A stretch of 64,000 nt of DNA from Eledone cirrhosa (GCA_964016885.1 OZ024763.1:22444001-22508000), one strand, 5' to 3'; shown: positions 26,872 to 41,257, counted from the stretch's first letter. Numbers and translations are program-made. Notes: generated by a model not told the origin, from the letters alone.

Positions 26872-27086
26872 ATCATCATCATCATCATCATCGTTTAACG
26901 TCCATCTTCCACGCTTGCATGGATTTGGACGGGAATTTTCCCACTTGAGGCAAGAATGGTTGACTTGCTCGTATAGGACTGTTTGGCGGGTTTTCTATGG
27001 CTGGATGCCCTTCCTAACACCAACCACATTTACAGTGTGGACTGGGAGGTTTTTACCGTGTTACCTACACGGCCACATTACAGCGT
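26872..27086 (-). mobile_element. RTE-tailed SINE 3' fragment
   Basis: Minus strand ggtgttaggaagggcatccagc...ggacgttaaacgatgatgatg. Confidence 0.75.
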
Positions 27087-27087
27087 G

Positions 27088-27143
<56 letters not shown>

Positions 27144-27210
27144 GTATGTATATATATATATGTATATATATATGTATGTTTATATATATATGTATATATA
27201 TATATATATG

Positions 27211-27242
<32 letters not shown>

Positions 27243-27275
27243 AATATATATATGTATATATATATGTATATATGT

Positions 27276-30112
27276 CATCATCATCATCATCATTTTACGT
27301 CCACTTTTCCCTGCTTGCAAGGGTGGGACGGGTCTTATTCAGCACAGCATCTCTCCACTCGTCACGGTCCTTCGTCATCTCCAACGTGAGCTTCAATGAT
27401 CTGAGGTCTGTTCTCACCACCTCCGCCCATGTTTTTCGTGGTCTACCTCTACCACGTCTTCCTTCAACTGGCATTTCCTGGCACTTCTTCACCCATCAGT
27501 CATCCTCCATGCGCATCACATGTCCATACCACCTCAGTCTCCTCTCCCGTACACTACATTCTATCCCTCTCAGACACAGTTTCTCTCTCAACACATTTAT
27601 GCTGGGTCGTTCACGTACATTTACACTGCACATCCAACGGAACATGCTTGCCTCATTTCTCTCCAGCTGTCGCATATCCTCTGCAGTTGCTGCCCATGTC
27701 TCACTACCATGCAGCATCACGCTCCTCACACAGGCATCATACAACCGGCCTTTTGTACGCAGGGAGAAACCCTTCTTCGTCAACAGAGGAAGCAGCTCCC
27801 TAAACTCCTTCCAACCTGTCCTTATTCTAGATACTATGGCCTCGGAATACCCTCCTCCCATGCTAATCTGATCTCCTAGGTACCGGAAGCTATTCACCAC
27901 TTCTATAGCGCTCTCCTGCATTTAAAAAAATGTGTCTATCAATGCAACTTCTACTGTCTAATTTCCCTGTACATCTACTGCATACATATTTCTCCCTACT
28001 GATTCTGCTATAAGAACCAGATCGTCAGCATAGAGAAGTTCCCATGGACAGCCAGTCTTAAACTCCTCTGTTATGGCTTGGAGGACTATAATGAACAAGA
28101 GCGGGCTGAGGACCGAACCCTGATGTACTCCTACTTGTATCTGGAATTCCTCACTAAATTCCATTCCTACCCTGACTTTACTGAGAGTACCTCTGTACAA
28201 AGTTTGCACTGTCCTCACAAGCCATTCCTCAACACCTAGCTTCCTTAGGGACCACCAGATGACAGATCGGGGTACCCTATCAAAGGCCTTCTCTAGGTCA
28301 ACAAAGGCTAAGTATAGTGGCTTATTCTTCCCTAAGAACCTCTCTTGCAATTGTCTCACCAAGAAGAGGGCATCTGTTGTACTCTTCCCAGGCACAAAAC
28401 CAAACTGCATCTCATCTAGTTTGACTCTTTCTCTAATTAGTTGTGCTAAAATCCTTTCTGCCACTTTCATAACCTGATCTATCAGTTTTATACCCCTATA
28501 ATTGCTCCTCTCCAGAGCATCCCCTTTACCTTTGTAGCAATTTATGAGAATACTGCTGCACCAGTCTTTGGGTATGACACCACCATATATAGCCTGATTG
28601 ATGATGCGTGCAACCAGTTTAGTGCCTACGTCCCCTGATGCCTTCAGCATCTCAGCAACTATTCCCGATGGTCCGGCAGCCTTACCATTTTTCATTTCCC
28701 TAATCGCCTCTTGGACCCTATATTCATCAATCTCAATAGCTGGTCCCTCTGTCGGATCTACCAAGGGTAATTTCTCTCTCTCCCATTTGTTCTCCACATT
28801 CATCAGTCTCTCATAATGACATTTCCAGGCCTCCTTTTTCTGATTATTCGTGACACTAAGTACACCGGCATCACCCCGGACACATTTATCTCCAACAACA
28901 TCCTGATTTGCATTGACACACTGCCTTGCAATGTGGAACACCGCCCGCCTCTGATCTTCCCATTGCAGAACATTGGCAAACCTCCTACTCTCTGCCTCCC
29001 TGCGTGCTAAGTACACCTGACGTCTAGCTTCTCTCTTAGTGGCTGTATATTCTTCCCTACTCCCACCCTTTTTCCAAGTCTTCCATGCTAGTCTTTTATC
29101 TCTAATAGCCTTATCTACTGTGCTGTTCCACCACCAGGTCACTCTCTGTCTGGTTGGAGCTCTGCTCCAGCCACAAGTTTCATCAGTAGCCTGCAGCAAG
29201 TTGTCACGTAAGAAATTCCAGTTATTATCTATGTCATACGTCTCTAAATCGTCTTCTTTTTCGTCATATACATCTTGAAGGGCTTTCCTAAATTTGTATT
29301 TTAGTGAAAGGTCTTTTAGCTTCCAGACCTTTCTTCTCCACACCTTCCTATATGTCTCATTCCATCTCTTGCTTACTGAGATATCACTAACAACTAACCT
29401 ATGCTGTGAGGTACATTCTTCCCCAGGGTATGCCTTGGTATTAGACACTATCTGCCTGTCCCGCTGCCTAACTAGTAAGAAGTCAATCTGGCTTATGTGC
29501 TCACCAGATTTGTAGGTTATTAGGTGATTGGCAGGTTTCTGGAAGTTTGTGTTGCAAATAGTCAATGTACCTGCATCACAAAATTCAAGAAGTCTCACTC
29601 ATTCTTCATTTCTTGAACTGTAACCGTGCCCACCATGTACCCCAGTGTAACCATCCTGGAGCTGTCCAACATGACCATTGAAGTCTCCTGCTAGCATAAC
29701 GATGTCTCCGTCTTCTTGTTTGTAGAAGTTGCTCATAAAAGCAGTCTTTCTCATCTTTGCCTAGGCCTGCTTGGGGAGCATAGGCCGAGATGATTGTCAG
29801 TAGTCTCCTGCCTACAACTAATCTAAGCTTAATTATTCGATTACTAACTCAAACTACCTCTATTGTCTTATTGATCCATTTCTCAGCCAGGAAAATGCCT
29901 ACTCCCCCTAACCCATCATCCTTACCTACCCAGAATAGCTTATAGCTAAGACGTTTGCCTACAACTAGTCTCGCAGAGGCACCTCTCCATCTCACCTCTT
30001 GCACGCAGCACACATCCACCTGCTTTCTCTCCAGCATCTCCGCTATTTCAGCAGATCTACCTCTGAGAGTGCCAACATTAAGTGTTGCAACTCTGAGATG
30101 TGACGTCTTCAT
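27276..30112 (-). mobile_element. RTE (BovB-like) LINE, near full length, frameshifted
   Basis: [87 protein letters not shown]; (GAT)n 3' tail. Confidence 0.95.
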
Positions 30113-30190
30113 ATTTTGTTGTTGTTCCTATTTGTTGCTGTGCTGATAAGCGTTTTGGCATATATGTGTATATATATATATATATATACG

Positions 30191-30221
<31 letters not shown>

Positions 30222-30229
30222 ATTTATAC

Positions 30230-30277
<48 letters not shown>

Positions 30278-30340
30278 TTATTAAAATAACAGATTAAAGT
30301 TTTAGTCTTCAAATTTATTATTATTATTACTATATATATG

Positions 30341-30374
<34 letters not shown>

Positions 30375-30391
30375 TGTTTTAATATAGAAAA

Positions 30392-30440
30392 GCTTCTACA
30401 GGACTAGAACTGTTTCATTTGTGAGAAATTATCAGGAAGC
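30392..30440 (-). ncRNA. Hammerhead motif (CTGTAGAAGC family), G8A-mutated
   Basis: GCTTC-CTGATAA-TTTCTCACAAAT-GAAACAG-TTCTAGTC-CTGTA/GAAGC. Confidence 0.6.
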
Positions 30441-30485
30441 TGACAGTCCAAGTAAAAGTGGTGGTATTAATATCTTTTTTTTTCA

Positions 30486-30760
30486 GGTGATATGTTGTTT
30501 CCTTGAGCAAGACACTTTATTTCACATTGCTCCAGTTTACTCAGCTGTAGAAATGAGATGATAAGGACTGGGGTCCCTATCATTCCACTGCAAAGTGGTC
30601 GTGGAGGTGCCACGGCAAAAAAGCACCCAGCACTCGCTGTAAATGAGGTTGGTGTTAGAAAGGGCATCCAGCTGTAGAAATCAAGCCAGAATCAGTTCCC
30701 ATCCCACTCTTGCAAGCAGGGAAAAGCGGACGTAAAATAAAATGATGAAATGATGATGAT
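30486..30760 (+). mobile_element. tRNA-derived SINE with RTE tail, 5'-truncated
   Basis: Near-identical to 31807-32080. Confidence 0.85.
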
Positions 30761-30798
30761 ATATATATACACACATATACATATATATATATACACAT

Positions 30799-31067
30799 AA
30801 TGTAGGAGGTGAGTTTTATTGTAGCACAATAAAGCAATGCAAATATCGGATAAGTAGCACTCAACAGTTTATAGGACTGAAGTATGAATACTATAAAATC
30901 AAAAGATGGTTAAAAGAGTTCCATGTATTTTATTATGCGCATTTCAAAAACAAATATCATCATGGGATGATATTTGAGAACGCAAATATCATCCCATGAT
31001 GATATTTGTTCTTGAAATGCGCATAATAAAATACATGGAACTCTTTTAACCATCTTTTGATTTTATA
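30799..31067. mobile_element. Fold-back HHR element, ATGCGCAT family
   Basis: Inverted arms 30892-30976 / 30983-31067; fold point lies inside HHR stem II. Confidence 0.85.
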
Positions 31068-31180
31068 TTATATATACACTTATATATATATACACACACA
31101 CACACAGACACACATATATATATATATATAATATCAAAATATAGGTATTAATAAAATAGATGTTTTTTTGATCAATTACA

Positions 31181-31231
31181 TTTTATTATACATATTTCGG
31201 ATGTACAACAGTACGTCCTCATCAGACAAAA
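31181..31231 (-). ncRNA. Type I hammerhead ribozyme within fold-back element (about 31130-31410)
   Basis: TTTTGT-CTGATGA-GGACGTAC-TGTT-GTACATCC-GAAAT-ATGT-ATA/ATAAAA. Confidence 0.8.
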
Positions 31232-31524
31232 TATAATGATACATGACATACCCTGAGATGTTAAATGGTTAAGATTTAATCAAGTTAGTTATTAATACCT
31301 ATATTTTAATATTAATAACTCCTGAAAATTATTTTTTTCTCGTTGAGTGCTTCCAATCTACTGTAAAACTCATTCTTTGACATAATCATCGAATATTGTT
31401 TAACAACTTAATATATATATATATATATATAAGCAAAAGAGATATTTAATTTGTTGGTAATTCAACAAATATAAATATTTATAACTGATTCGAAGCACTT
31501 GACAGGTTTTCTGGCGTATAATAT

Positions 31525-31722
31525 TCAATGATATTAATAAATGGAAACTATATTTATAAAACCATATTTATTCTGAAAAACTTGAACCGTTAAGATCTCC
31601 TTCCTGGTTATGTCAATATTTATAAAACAAACTTTGTATTTTATCTGATGGTACCCTTGAAATATATATAATAGAATAAATATGGTTTTATAAATATAGT
31701 TTCCATTTATTAATATCATTGA
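31525..31722. mobile_element. Fold-back element with stem-II-deleted HHR (31639-31676)
   Basis: Arms about 31525-31572 / 31675-31722; homologous to 32382-32575. Confidence 0.7.
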
Positions 31723-31732
31723 TATATATATA

Positions 31733-32080
31733 ATGGAGGCACATAGCTTAGTGGTTAGAGCATTGGCCTTGCAATCGAAAGGTTGTGAGTTCAATTCTCA
31801 GACCGGGGTGATGTGTTGTTTCCTTGAGCAAGACACTTTATTTCACATTGCTCCAGTTTACTCAGCTGTAGAAATGAGATGATAGGGACTGCGGTCCCTA
31901 TCATTCTACTGCAAAGTGGTCGTGGAGGTGCCACAGAAAAAAAGCACCCAGCACTCCCTGTAAATGAGGTTGGTGTTAGGAAGGGCATCCAGCTGTAGAA
32001 ATCAAGCCAGAATCAGTTCCCATCCCACCCTTGCAAGCAGGGAAAAAGCGGACATAAAATGAAATGATGATGATGATGAT
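31733..32080 (+). mobile_element. Full-length tRNA-derived SINE (Meta-SINE-like core, RTE-derived tail)
   Basis: A box tagcttagtgg, B box gagttcaattc, core ccttgagcaagacactt..attgctccagt, tail cccacccttgcaagcagggaaaa..ggac.taaaatga(tga)n. Confidence 0.88.
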
Positions 32081-32223
32081 ATATATTGTTATACTTTGGG
32101 AGGGTCATGTTGCCAATAAGAAACAGACGCACCAGTATCTATCAAAGTATAACAAAAGTATAACAATATCGGTTTCAACACACGTTTTCAGATAAAGAAT
32201 CTTGCTAAACAAATTCAGAAACG

Positions 32224-32273
<50 letters not shown>

Positions 32274-32421
32274 AAGTAAGTCCTTCATTAGTGACCCTCC
32301 AACCGTCCCAGGCATTTCATCGCTTTCAACGAGCAGCTCCATTATTATCATTATATATATATATATATATATATATACAATATATTAATAAATGGAAACT
32401 ATATTTATAAAACCATAATTA

Positions 32422-32482
32422 TTTTATTATATATATTTCAAGGACAACCAAGTTATCCTTGGTGCGCTTTCATCAGATAAAA
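32422..32482 (-). ncRNA. Type I hammerhead ribozyme with palindromic ATATATAT stem III
   Basis: TTTTAT-CTGATGA-AAG..ACCAAG-GATAA-CTTGGT..CTT-GAA-ATATATAT-A/ATAAAA. Confidence 0.75.
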
Positions 32483-32573
32483 TACAAGATTTGTTTTATA
32501 TATATTGACATAACCATGGAAAAAACAACCTTGACGGTTGACAGTTCACTGGATAGTGAATAAATATAACTTC

Positions 32574-32638
<65 letters not shown>

Positions 32639-32900
32639 AGGAAGCAAAAAACGAACAAGAGGATGTAACATCAAATGTATAACTGTTAATTATAGTGTTG
32701 AAGGTGTGTAGGATAGATAGACAGGTAGATTGGATAGGGAGATAGGGAGATAGATAGGTAGGGAGATATAGATAGATAGATGGAGAGACAGATAGATAGA
32801 TAGATAGAGATAGACAGACAGAGGGATAGATAGATAGATAGAGATAGAGAGAGAGAAAGACAGGTGAAAACAGCCAGCAAGAGAAAGGAGAAAGATATAG

Positions 32901-32939
<39 letters not shown>

Positions 32940-32944
32940 GGTAA

Positions 32945-34465
32945 GGTGTGTATGTCTGAGTGTGTGTGTGTGTGTGTGAATATGTGTTTGTATATATATG
33001 TCCGTGTGTGTTTGCGTGTATGTCCCTGTGTCTCTATCTGTAAGTTAGTATACGTGTGTGCGTGTGTTTGTGTATTTCTGTCTGTGTGTCAGTATATGTG
33101 TGTGTACGGGCCTTTCAGTCAGTGTGTGTGTATAGGTACTTGTCAGTCAGAGTGTGTGTGTGTACGTGCCTTTCAGTCTGTGTGTGTGTGTGTACGTGCC
33201 TGCCAGTCAGTGTGTGTGTGTGTGTGTTTGTGTATCTCTCAGTCTGTGTGTGTGTGTGGATATGACCGTTAGTCAGTCAGTGTGTGTGTGTGCTTGCCAG
33301 TCAGTCAGTCAGTGTGTGTGTGTGTGTGTGTGCCAGTCAGTCAGTGTATGTGTGTGTGTGTGTGCTTGCCAGTCAGTCAGTGTGTGTGTGTGTGTGCTTG
33401 TCAGTCAGTGTGTATGTGCGTGTGTATGTATCTATCAGTCAGTCAGTGTGTATATATGTGTGTGAGTAGGTGCCTACCACTCTGTGTGTGTGTATCTGTC
33501 AGCCAGTGTGTGTATGTATGTGTAAATGCTCTGCAGTCAGTCAGTGTGTGTGTGTGCCAGTATAAGTATCTATCAGTCAGTGTGTGTGTGTATATGTGCG
33601 TATGTATAGGTGCCTACCACCCAGTGTGTGTATCTGTCAGCCAGTTAGTGTGTGTGTGTGTATCTATCAGTCAGTAAGTGTGTGTGTGTATATGTGCGTA
33701 TGTATAGGTGCCTACCACCCAGTGTGTGTATCTGTCAGCCAGTCAGTGTGTGTGTGTGTATCTATCAGTCAGTAAGTGTGTGTGTGTGTATATGTGCGTA
33801 TGTATAGGTACCTACCACTCAGTGTGTGTATCTGTCAGCCAGTCAGTGTGTGTGTGTGTATCTATCAGTCAGTAAGTGTGTGTGTGTATATGTGCGTATG
33901 TATAGGTGCCTACCACCCAGTGTGTGTGGAGAGGTGACTACTACTCAGTGTGTGTGTATCTGTCAGTCACTCAGTGTGTGTATATGTGCGTATATATAGG
34001 TACTTACCACTCAGTGTGTGTGTGTGTATCTGTCAGCCAGTGTATGTATGTGTAGGTGCCTACCACTTAGTGTATGTATCTGTCAGCCAGTCAGTGTGTA
34101 TATGTGTATGTATAGGTGCCTACTATCAGTGTGTGTGTGCGTGTGCGTGTGTAAGTATCTATCCGTCAGTAAGTGTGTGTGTGTATGTGTAGGTGCCTAC
34201 CACTCAGTGTGTGTGTGCGTGTGTTAGTATCTATCAGTCAGTAAGTGTGTGTGTAGGTACTTACCACTCAGTGTGTGTGCGCGTGTGTAAGTATCTATCA
34301 GTCAGTAAGTGTGTGTATATGTGTGTGTAGGTGTATCTATCAGCCAGTGTATGTATGTGTGTGTATGTATAGGTACCTACCACTCAGTGTTTATGTGTAT
34401 GTATCTGTGCCTGTCAGCCAGTGTATGTATCTGTGCCTGTCAGCCAGTGTATGTGTATGTATGCA
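32945..34465. repeat. (TG)n/CAGT-derived compound satellite with about 98-100 bp higher-order unit
   Basis: taggtgcctaccac recurs near 33607, 33705, 33805 and 33903. Confidence 0.85.
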
Positions 34466-34679
34466 GCACCCTCCACACACAGGCATCAAAAGACAAACCA
34501 GTCTTCCATCGTGGTGTTATTGTTGATACAACGTTGTCTTCTCTCTCCGACTTCGGCATGGCTTCCATCTAACAATCCACTACACTCTCTCCACGGAATA
34601 TACATTATATCTTCATATTAAACACTACACAGCAGGGAAAACTCCTTTCTTTTATACACACGTGTATATATATTTATTT

Positions 34680-34821
34680 AATATAGAAATGGCTTCTACA
34701 GGACTAGCGCTGTTTCATTCGGGAGAAATCATCAGCAAGTCATTTCTATATTAAATATTTACACTCTACTATGTATTGAGTACCTTACTTACTGTGGTTA
34801 CGCCCGATTGAACCCGGGATA

Positions 34822-34823
<2 letters not shown>
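34680..34823. mobile_element. Short HHR element (CTGTAGAAGC family)
   Basis: Minus HHR 34692-34740 with intact CUGAUGA/GAAA and ACAG/CUGU stem III; direct 3' tail homologous to 43113-43200(-) and 51968-52020(-). Confidence 0.78.
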
Positions 34824-34877
<54 letters not shown>

Positions 34878-35449
34878 GGAGGTTTTCTCTCTGTTTTACA
34901 GATTGCCATTGATCATAACACCACGGATATATATATATACAAACACAAATACATACATATATATACATATGTATATACGTATATATACATACAAATGTAT
35001 ATAGCTGTATATATAGTTTCTTGAGTATGATTTCGTATTACCAAAGAATGAGCCCTCGATATGTAAACATAGGTAATATATATATATTTTAATGCATGGT
35101 ACAGCGGAATATATTACTAAAACCATGTATTAATATATATATAAATATATACACGTATATATATATTTATTTACATATGCGTGTGCATTTATGTATGTAT
35201 ATGCACATGTATATAATTCACCGATTGCAGGAGTTTATTTAACAACAAGAACAACACCAACAACAGCAGCCTTGGATAAGGTAGTCCTCAATATCAGAGT
35301 TAAAGAACGATCATTTATTTTCTAGCTTGTCTGGGCTCGCACATGTTTTTTTTTTATATATCTACCTTGTTGATGTGAACAAGGGCTTATCTACTCCAAA
35401 TTTTATACATACATACACACACATATATATATACATATATATATTTATT

Positions 35450-35481
<32 letters not shown>

Positions 35482-35691
35482 ATCTAGCTATATATCTACA
35501 TCTATATATATATACCTTGTTGATGTGAATAAGGGCTTATATATATAAAATTGCACACGTTCACTCCAAATATATATACACATATATACACACATATAGT
35601 CTAGCTATATATCTACCTTGATGTGAACAAGGCTTTTATCTATATATATAATTGCATACACATACTCCAAATATATATATATATATTTACA

Positions 35692-35738
<47 letters not shown>

Positions 35739-35849
35739 CTAGCTGTATATATCAACATCTATCTCTCTCTGTATATATAATTAAATAGCTCTGTACCCTC
35801 CATAGAGCACTCTTCTTTCCTTTACCTTCTCTACGGAAATACTTTATAT

Positions 35850-35881
<32 letters not shown>

Positions 35882-36458
35882 CAGTATATATAAAATATAT
35901 ACACCTAGTGTTGTTGGCCTGACTGAAGTCTAATGTTTTCACATCTATGGATATGGCAAAGAAAACCGATTCACAAGAATGTCTTCCCGAGACCGGTAAA
36001 GTTCAAAAAGGTAGTTAAACAAGTTTCTCCACTTTTAATTGACATTTAAATTATTTCTTAAATATTTCATTTATACATGTTTAACAAGCTTTGCTTTTTA
36101 ATTTATACCAATATTATGTTGTTATGTTTATGATTTCTCTCTCTTTCTACACACACATGTATATATATATATGTATATATACATATATATATATAAACAT
36201 GTGAGTAGCACCAATTCTAATATATATATATATGTATGTATGTGTGTGTGTGTGTGTATATATATGTGTGTGTGTATATATGTATGTATATATATATATA
36301 TGTATGTGTGTGTATATATGTATATATATACATGTATGTATACAGTCTTTCCTCACTTTAAAAAATATCTTCACTCACATTTATTGCATGATAGAATTAA
36401 TTAATTATTGATAACGGTATATCGTGCAATGGCCATACTCGATAACGAGGGGGCAGTC

Positions 36459-36490
<32 letters not shown>

Positions 36491-36599
36491 ATATATATGT
36501 ATATATGCATGTTTATATATGTGTATGTATGTATATACGTACGTATAAATACATGTTTATATATATGTGTGTATATGCGTATGTATGTATATATGTTTT

Positions 36600-36756
36600 A
36601 ACACTTCACTGCTCGCAAGTGTTTTTTAAGCTTCATATCATGTCTCCCTATTTTATCTGATGAGAACGCAAATATCATCCCATGATGATATTTGTTTTTG
36701 AAATGCGCATAATAAAATACTTGGAACTCTTTTAACCATCTTTTGATCTTATATTA
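36600..36756 (+). mobile_element. Short HHR element, ATGCGCAT family
   Basis: Intact HHR at 36651-36717, flanked by TA-rich repeats. Confidence 0.82.
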
Positions 36757-37014
36757 TGTACGTATATATATATATATGCATGCGTGTGTGTGTGTATATA
36801 TATATACATCGTGTGGGTTTGAAATAAAGGTAGCCATCAGTAATGTGAAGCTGTGATGTTAATACCTTTACACCACAATATACTCTAAACTATATATATA
36901 CAGACACTAGATATAATATATTTCACTGGACGATGGCCGGAGTGGCTGGATCCATCAAAACCTCATATTTCTATGGGAAGTAATTATATATTTCATATCT
37001 TCAGATAGATTGTT

Positions 37015-37665
37015 AGTGACCTATGGTCAGATATTCTATTCTGGTCGTGACCATCTCGTCTGTTTTATGGGAGAATGGTCAAAGGTGACCATATCGTCTA
37101 TATTATGGAGAGAATGGCCAAAGATATTCCATTCAGGTCGTGACCATATCGTCTGTTTTATGGAGAGAATGGCCAAAGGTGACCATCTCGTCTGTTTTAT
37201 GGAGAGAATGGTCGAAGATATCCCCATTCTGGCCTTGACCATCTCGTCTATATTATGGAGTGAATGGCCAAAGATATCCCTATTCTGGCCGTGACCATCT
37301 CGTCTATATTATGGAGTGAATGGCCAAAGGTGACCATATCGTCTGGCCAAAGATATTTCATTCTGGCCGCGACCACTTCGTCTGTTTTATGGAGAGAATG
37401 GTCAAAGATATTCCATTCTGGCCGTGACCACCTCATCTAATTTATGGAGAGAATGGTCAAAGATATTCCATTCCAGCCGTGACTATCTCGTCTAATTGAA
37501 GGAGAGACTGTTGGTCTTAACATGTCTTATTTATGGTCAAGGATATTCCATTCCAGCCGTGACTATCTCGTCTAATTGAAGGAGAGACTGTTGGTCTTAA
37601 CATGTCTTATTTATGGTCAAGGATATTCCATTCCAGCCGTGACTATCTCGTCTATTTTTATGAGG
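37015..37665. repeat. Minisatellite with about 55-bp and 38-bp unit variants, ending in a 75-bp duplication
   Basis: gtgaccatctcgtct...atggagagaatggccaaag repeated. Confidence 0.88.
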
Positions 37666-38161
37666 TATGGGGGTAGGCTTTTGTTCTATATCTATTTAAG
37701 GTGGTGTGTGTGTGTGATTGATATACATTTTACTGTTATTTCTAGCACGTCAATCGACTACAGAGAGGGTCACTCTTAATTGTTGCCTGGTTTTGTGTCT
37801 GAGAAAGATTTCTAATGTGGTCTGGAGAAATTTGGTTTCGTTTCCAACTTACAATCACTTCCAACCTTTTGAAAGGTCCCGATTCCTTGTCCGATATATT
37901 TATGGCCAGTTCTAGAATGGAACTATTATTAAAATTAATTGATAGTTCGATCCTTGAATTATTTTCCTATCGCCTTTAAAAAATAAAGAGCGAGAGAGAG
38001 AGAGAGAGAGAGAGAGAGGAATATGGGACACATTCGACTATGTAGTCCTAGGTACATTATGCTGAGAAATGTCTATGTATGTATATATATATTATATATA
38101 TATATATGTATATAAGCATGTATGTAGATATGTTTCTATTTATGTACTATATGCATGTATG

Positions 38162-38192
<31 letters not shown>

Positions 38193-39149
38193 ATATATAT
38201 TATATATATATATATGTATATAAGCATGTATGTAGATATGTTTCTATTTATGTACTATATGCATGTATGTATATATATATATATATGTATGTATATATAT
38301 ATATATGCATGTATATATATATATGCATGCATGCATATATAAATATGTGTATATATATATATGCATGTATGAATATGTGTATATATGTATATATATATGT
38401 ATGTGTGTGTATACACATACATATATAATCATAAGAGATGGTCTCGTCTGGAATGCCGTCTATCATATGTCTCAGCCACGCCATCACCCGCTATAACTAC
38501 CTCCAAATGTATTTAAGAGGGAAACCCCTGCAGTCCCTGTTGTTATATAGAAACTCTAACGAACTTGCTTGCAGACTTACTTATATTTCACATTTAAAAA
38601 TTTATTTTTAACATTATGACTCAAGTTTTTTTTTTTATTAAAAAAAAAATGTTATTGTCCGAATTTTCTTTGTTAATTGTATTCCCGAAACCAAATAAGT
38701 AAATAATAATAAAAATACTAATACTGCTGTATTACTCACTAGAACATATGTTAGTCTGCCGCTCCTCCTCCGTCTAAAACGACCGACTCTCTACTACCCT
38801 ACTACCCGTCTAGGTAATGAGAATATAAATATTGCAGCTGGGTTTTTTTTCCTGTTGTGAATATATGAATATATAAACCGTTATTTGAACTCTACCTACG
38901 CCTTTCATAACAAACTGCGATGTTTTTAATTATATTGTCAGAGTGACCGTAGCTTTTGTGAGATCTCTCTACGAGTAACCCTTAGTCTTCCCACCTTTGG
39001 GGAGTTTGTTTGTTTTAAATGTTTATTTTCTTAATCTTTGTAATAAATTTAATTTTTCACACACAAAAACAAAAATCCCTCCACTGTATCGTCCTGTACC
39101 GTCTTTAATGTTTCCTTAATGTGAGCCCTGTGTGGCTAATAAATGTAAC

Positions 39150-39457
39150 CATTAAGGCAAAGTTAACCTTAAAATCCCACCGAGGTTAGCTTTGCTTTTC
39201 ATCCTTACGGGGTCGATAAAATAAAGTACCAGTAATATGGACTTGTGCCAAAAGTAGAAACAATTATTATTTTTATTGACAGTATTGGTAGAGCGTCAGA
39301 CGCCATACTTTGCAGCCTAGAGTTGAGGCCTTTTACGTTCTCAGTTCAAATCTCGCCGAGGTTAACTTTACCTTTCATCCTTACGGGATCGATAAAATAA
39401 AGTACCAGTAATACACTGGGTAATTGTTGGCCTTGTGCTAAAAGTAGAAACAATTAT
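39150..39457 (+). mobile_element. Two adjacent copies of a tRNA-derived SINE (Nin/Deu-like core)
   Basis: gttcaaatc..gaggttaactttgcctttcatccttacggggtcgataaaataaagtaccag..ggccttgtgccaaaagtagaaac. Confidence 0.8.
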
Positions 39458-40045
39458 TAATTTTTTTTTTTTTTGCGATAAATTAAATTGTAAAACAAAC
39501 AAATATATTTAATCACTTAATTAATTTAAAACAAACTATATATTTAATTAATTAATTAATAAACAAACGTTTAACAGTTGTGTGGTGGTGGTGGTGGCGA
39601 GTTAGTAGAGTTGTTAGAATATTGTGAGGTATTTTGTTCCAGTTCTCTGTTGTCTGAGTTCAAATCCTGCCAACGTCGACTTTTATTTCCGTCAGCGACG
39701 GCCGTAGCAATTTATCTATGCCCTCAGCTGGGGTTTTTTTTTTAGTTTTAGGATGGTTAAAATTTTTTTAATTCAATACCTGTATGTATAGCTTTTCTAT
39801 TCCAATTACTTCCACCAAGTTAACTTTGATATGTAAAATTGGGAAGCTTTGCTGAGTATTCTAATTTTTTGTGTACGAGGCCACCCTTCCCCCCCAAACC
39901 CTGAAGTGCCCCGGGCCCCATCAAGATCTAAATCCGACTCTGTTTGTGGTGTGTGACCAATTGACGCTCTTAGTGTTGAATTGATGAGGGGTGGGGGTCT
40001 TCTCGCTTTGATTATATATTTTTATGTATTATATTTATAAGCAAT

Positions 40046-40092
<47 letters not shown>

Positions 40093-40219
40093 CACAAAAC
40101 GCCAGTACCAACAGTTTTGCAAGAGATGTCACCATGAATGGACCTGTTATTTTTATCTAAAGACATTTTTTCCAATTCCAACCCGCCCGTCCTCTCAATC
40201 TATCTTATTTCTTATTCTT

Positions 40220-40255
40220 TCTTCTGATGAAGGACTAGTGTCCGAAACGTTAAGA
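40220..40255 (+). ncRNA. Ultra-minimal hammerhead (stem III = AACGTT palindrome)
   Basis: TCTT-CTGATGA-AGGAC-TAGT-GTCC-GAAAC-GTT/AAGA in a short element between TA and CA repeats. Confidence 0.8.
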
Positions 40256-40617
40256 CCCTCCTCCTGCTATATCAAGCGTTAATCTAATATATCCCTTCCC
40301 TATACTGTACCGATTGTGTTATTATTTCTGTTTACCTTTTACACACGCACACACGCACACACACACGCACACACACATATATATACTTCTATTTAATCTT
40401 ATATATTTGTGATATATATGACCACGGACCAGTCAGTTCTCCCCGTCGGACGGGAAGATTTGAAATAACCGTTGAGGTGGGTGAGAGATGTCTTCTCTTG
40501 TGAAAATAGATAGATAGCTTTCATTTTGCCTCATTTCTCTCCATTTTGGGGCACTTTTCTTTTTCATGGTACTCCCCGTTTGAGTTTTTAGAGGTTGGTA
40601 GGTCTGTGATGAAAATA

Positions 40618-40750
40618 ATAATTGTTTCTACTTTTGGCACAAGGCCAGCAATTACTCCAGTGTATTACTGGTACTTTATTTTATCGACCCCGTAAGGATT
40701 AAAGGCAAAGTTAACTTCGGCGGGATTTGAACTCAGACCATAAAGAACCG
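40618..40750 (-). mobile_element. SINE (same family as 39150)
   Basis: Reverse complement of the core and tail. Confidence 0.8.
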
Positions 40751-41034
40751 TAATAAAAAAAAAAACCTTCCTTATATAGATATTCAACCGTAATGTCTAA
40801 ATATTCCACCAATATCCCCAACAAACTACTATGGCTGTTAGCTAGAATTCCAGCTGACAGGGAAGGAATATTTAGCGTTCCGTCAGTGAGCTTACAATTG
40901 GAAAAACCGGTTCGGTTCTTGCAGGAATCAACATATTTCCTCCTCTTACATTTGTGGAATGTTTAAGAGATGTGTAATGAGGAAAGGAATTGGAAATTCC
41001 ATCACTTAGAACATGTCAACTTCTCGTACTACGC

Positions 41035-41089
<55 letters not shown>

Positions 41090-41103
41090 TACACACATAT
41101 ATA

Positions 41104-41158
<55 letters not shown>

Positions 41159-41166
41159 TGTATACG

Positions 41167-41210
<44 letters not shown>

Positions 41211-41218
41211 TGTATACG

Positions 41219-41257
<39 letters not shown>

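Noticed and set aside
31733-31810. tRNA gene
   Set aside because: A/B boxes present but no complete cloverleaf; continues into SINE core and tail (same at 53050-53129 and 62313)
36975-37010. Minus-strand CTGAAGA-TAT-GAAA hammerhead
   Set aside because: No stem II and weak stem I; may be chance or a deleted relic
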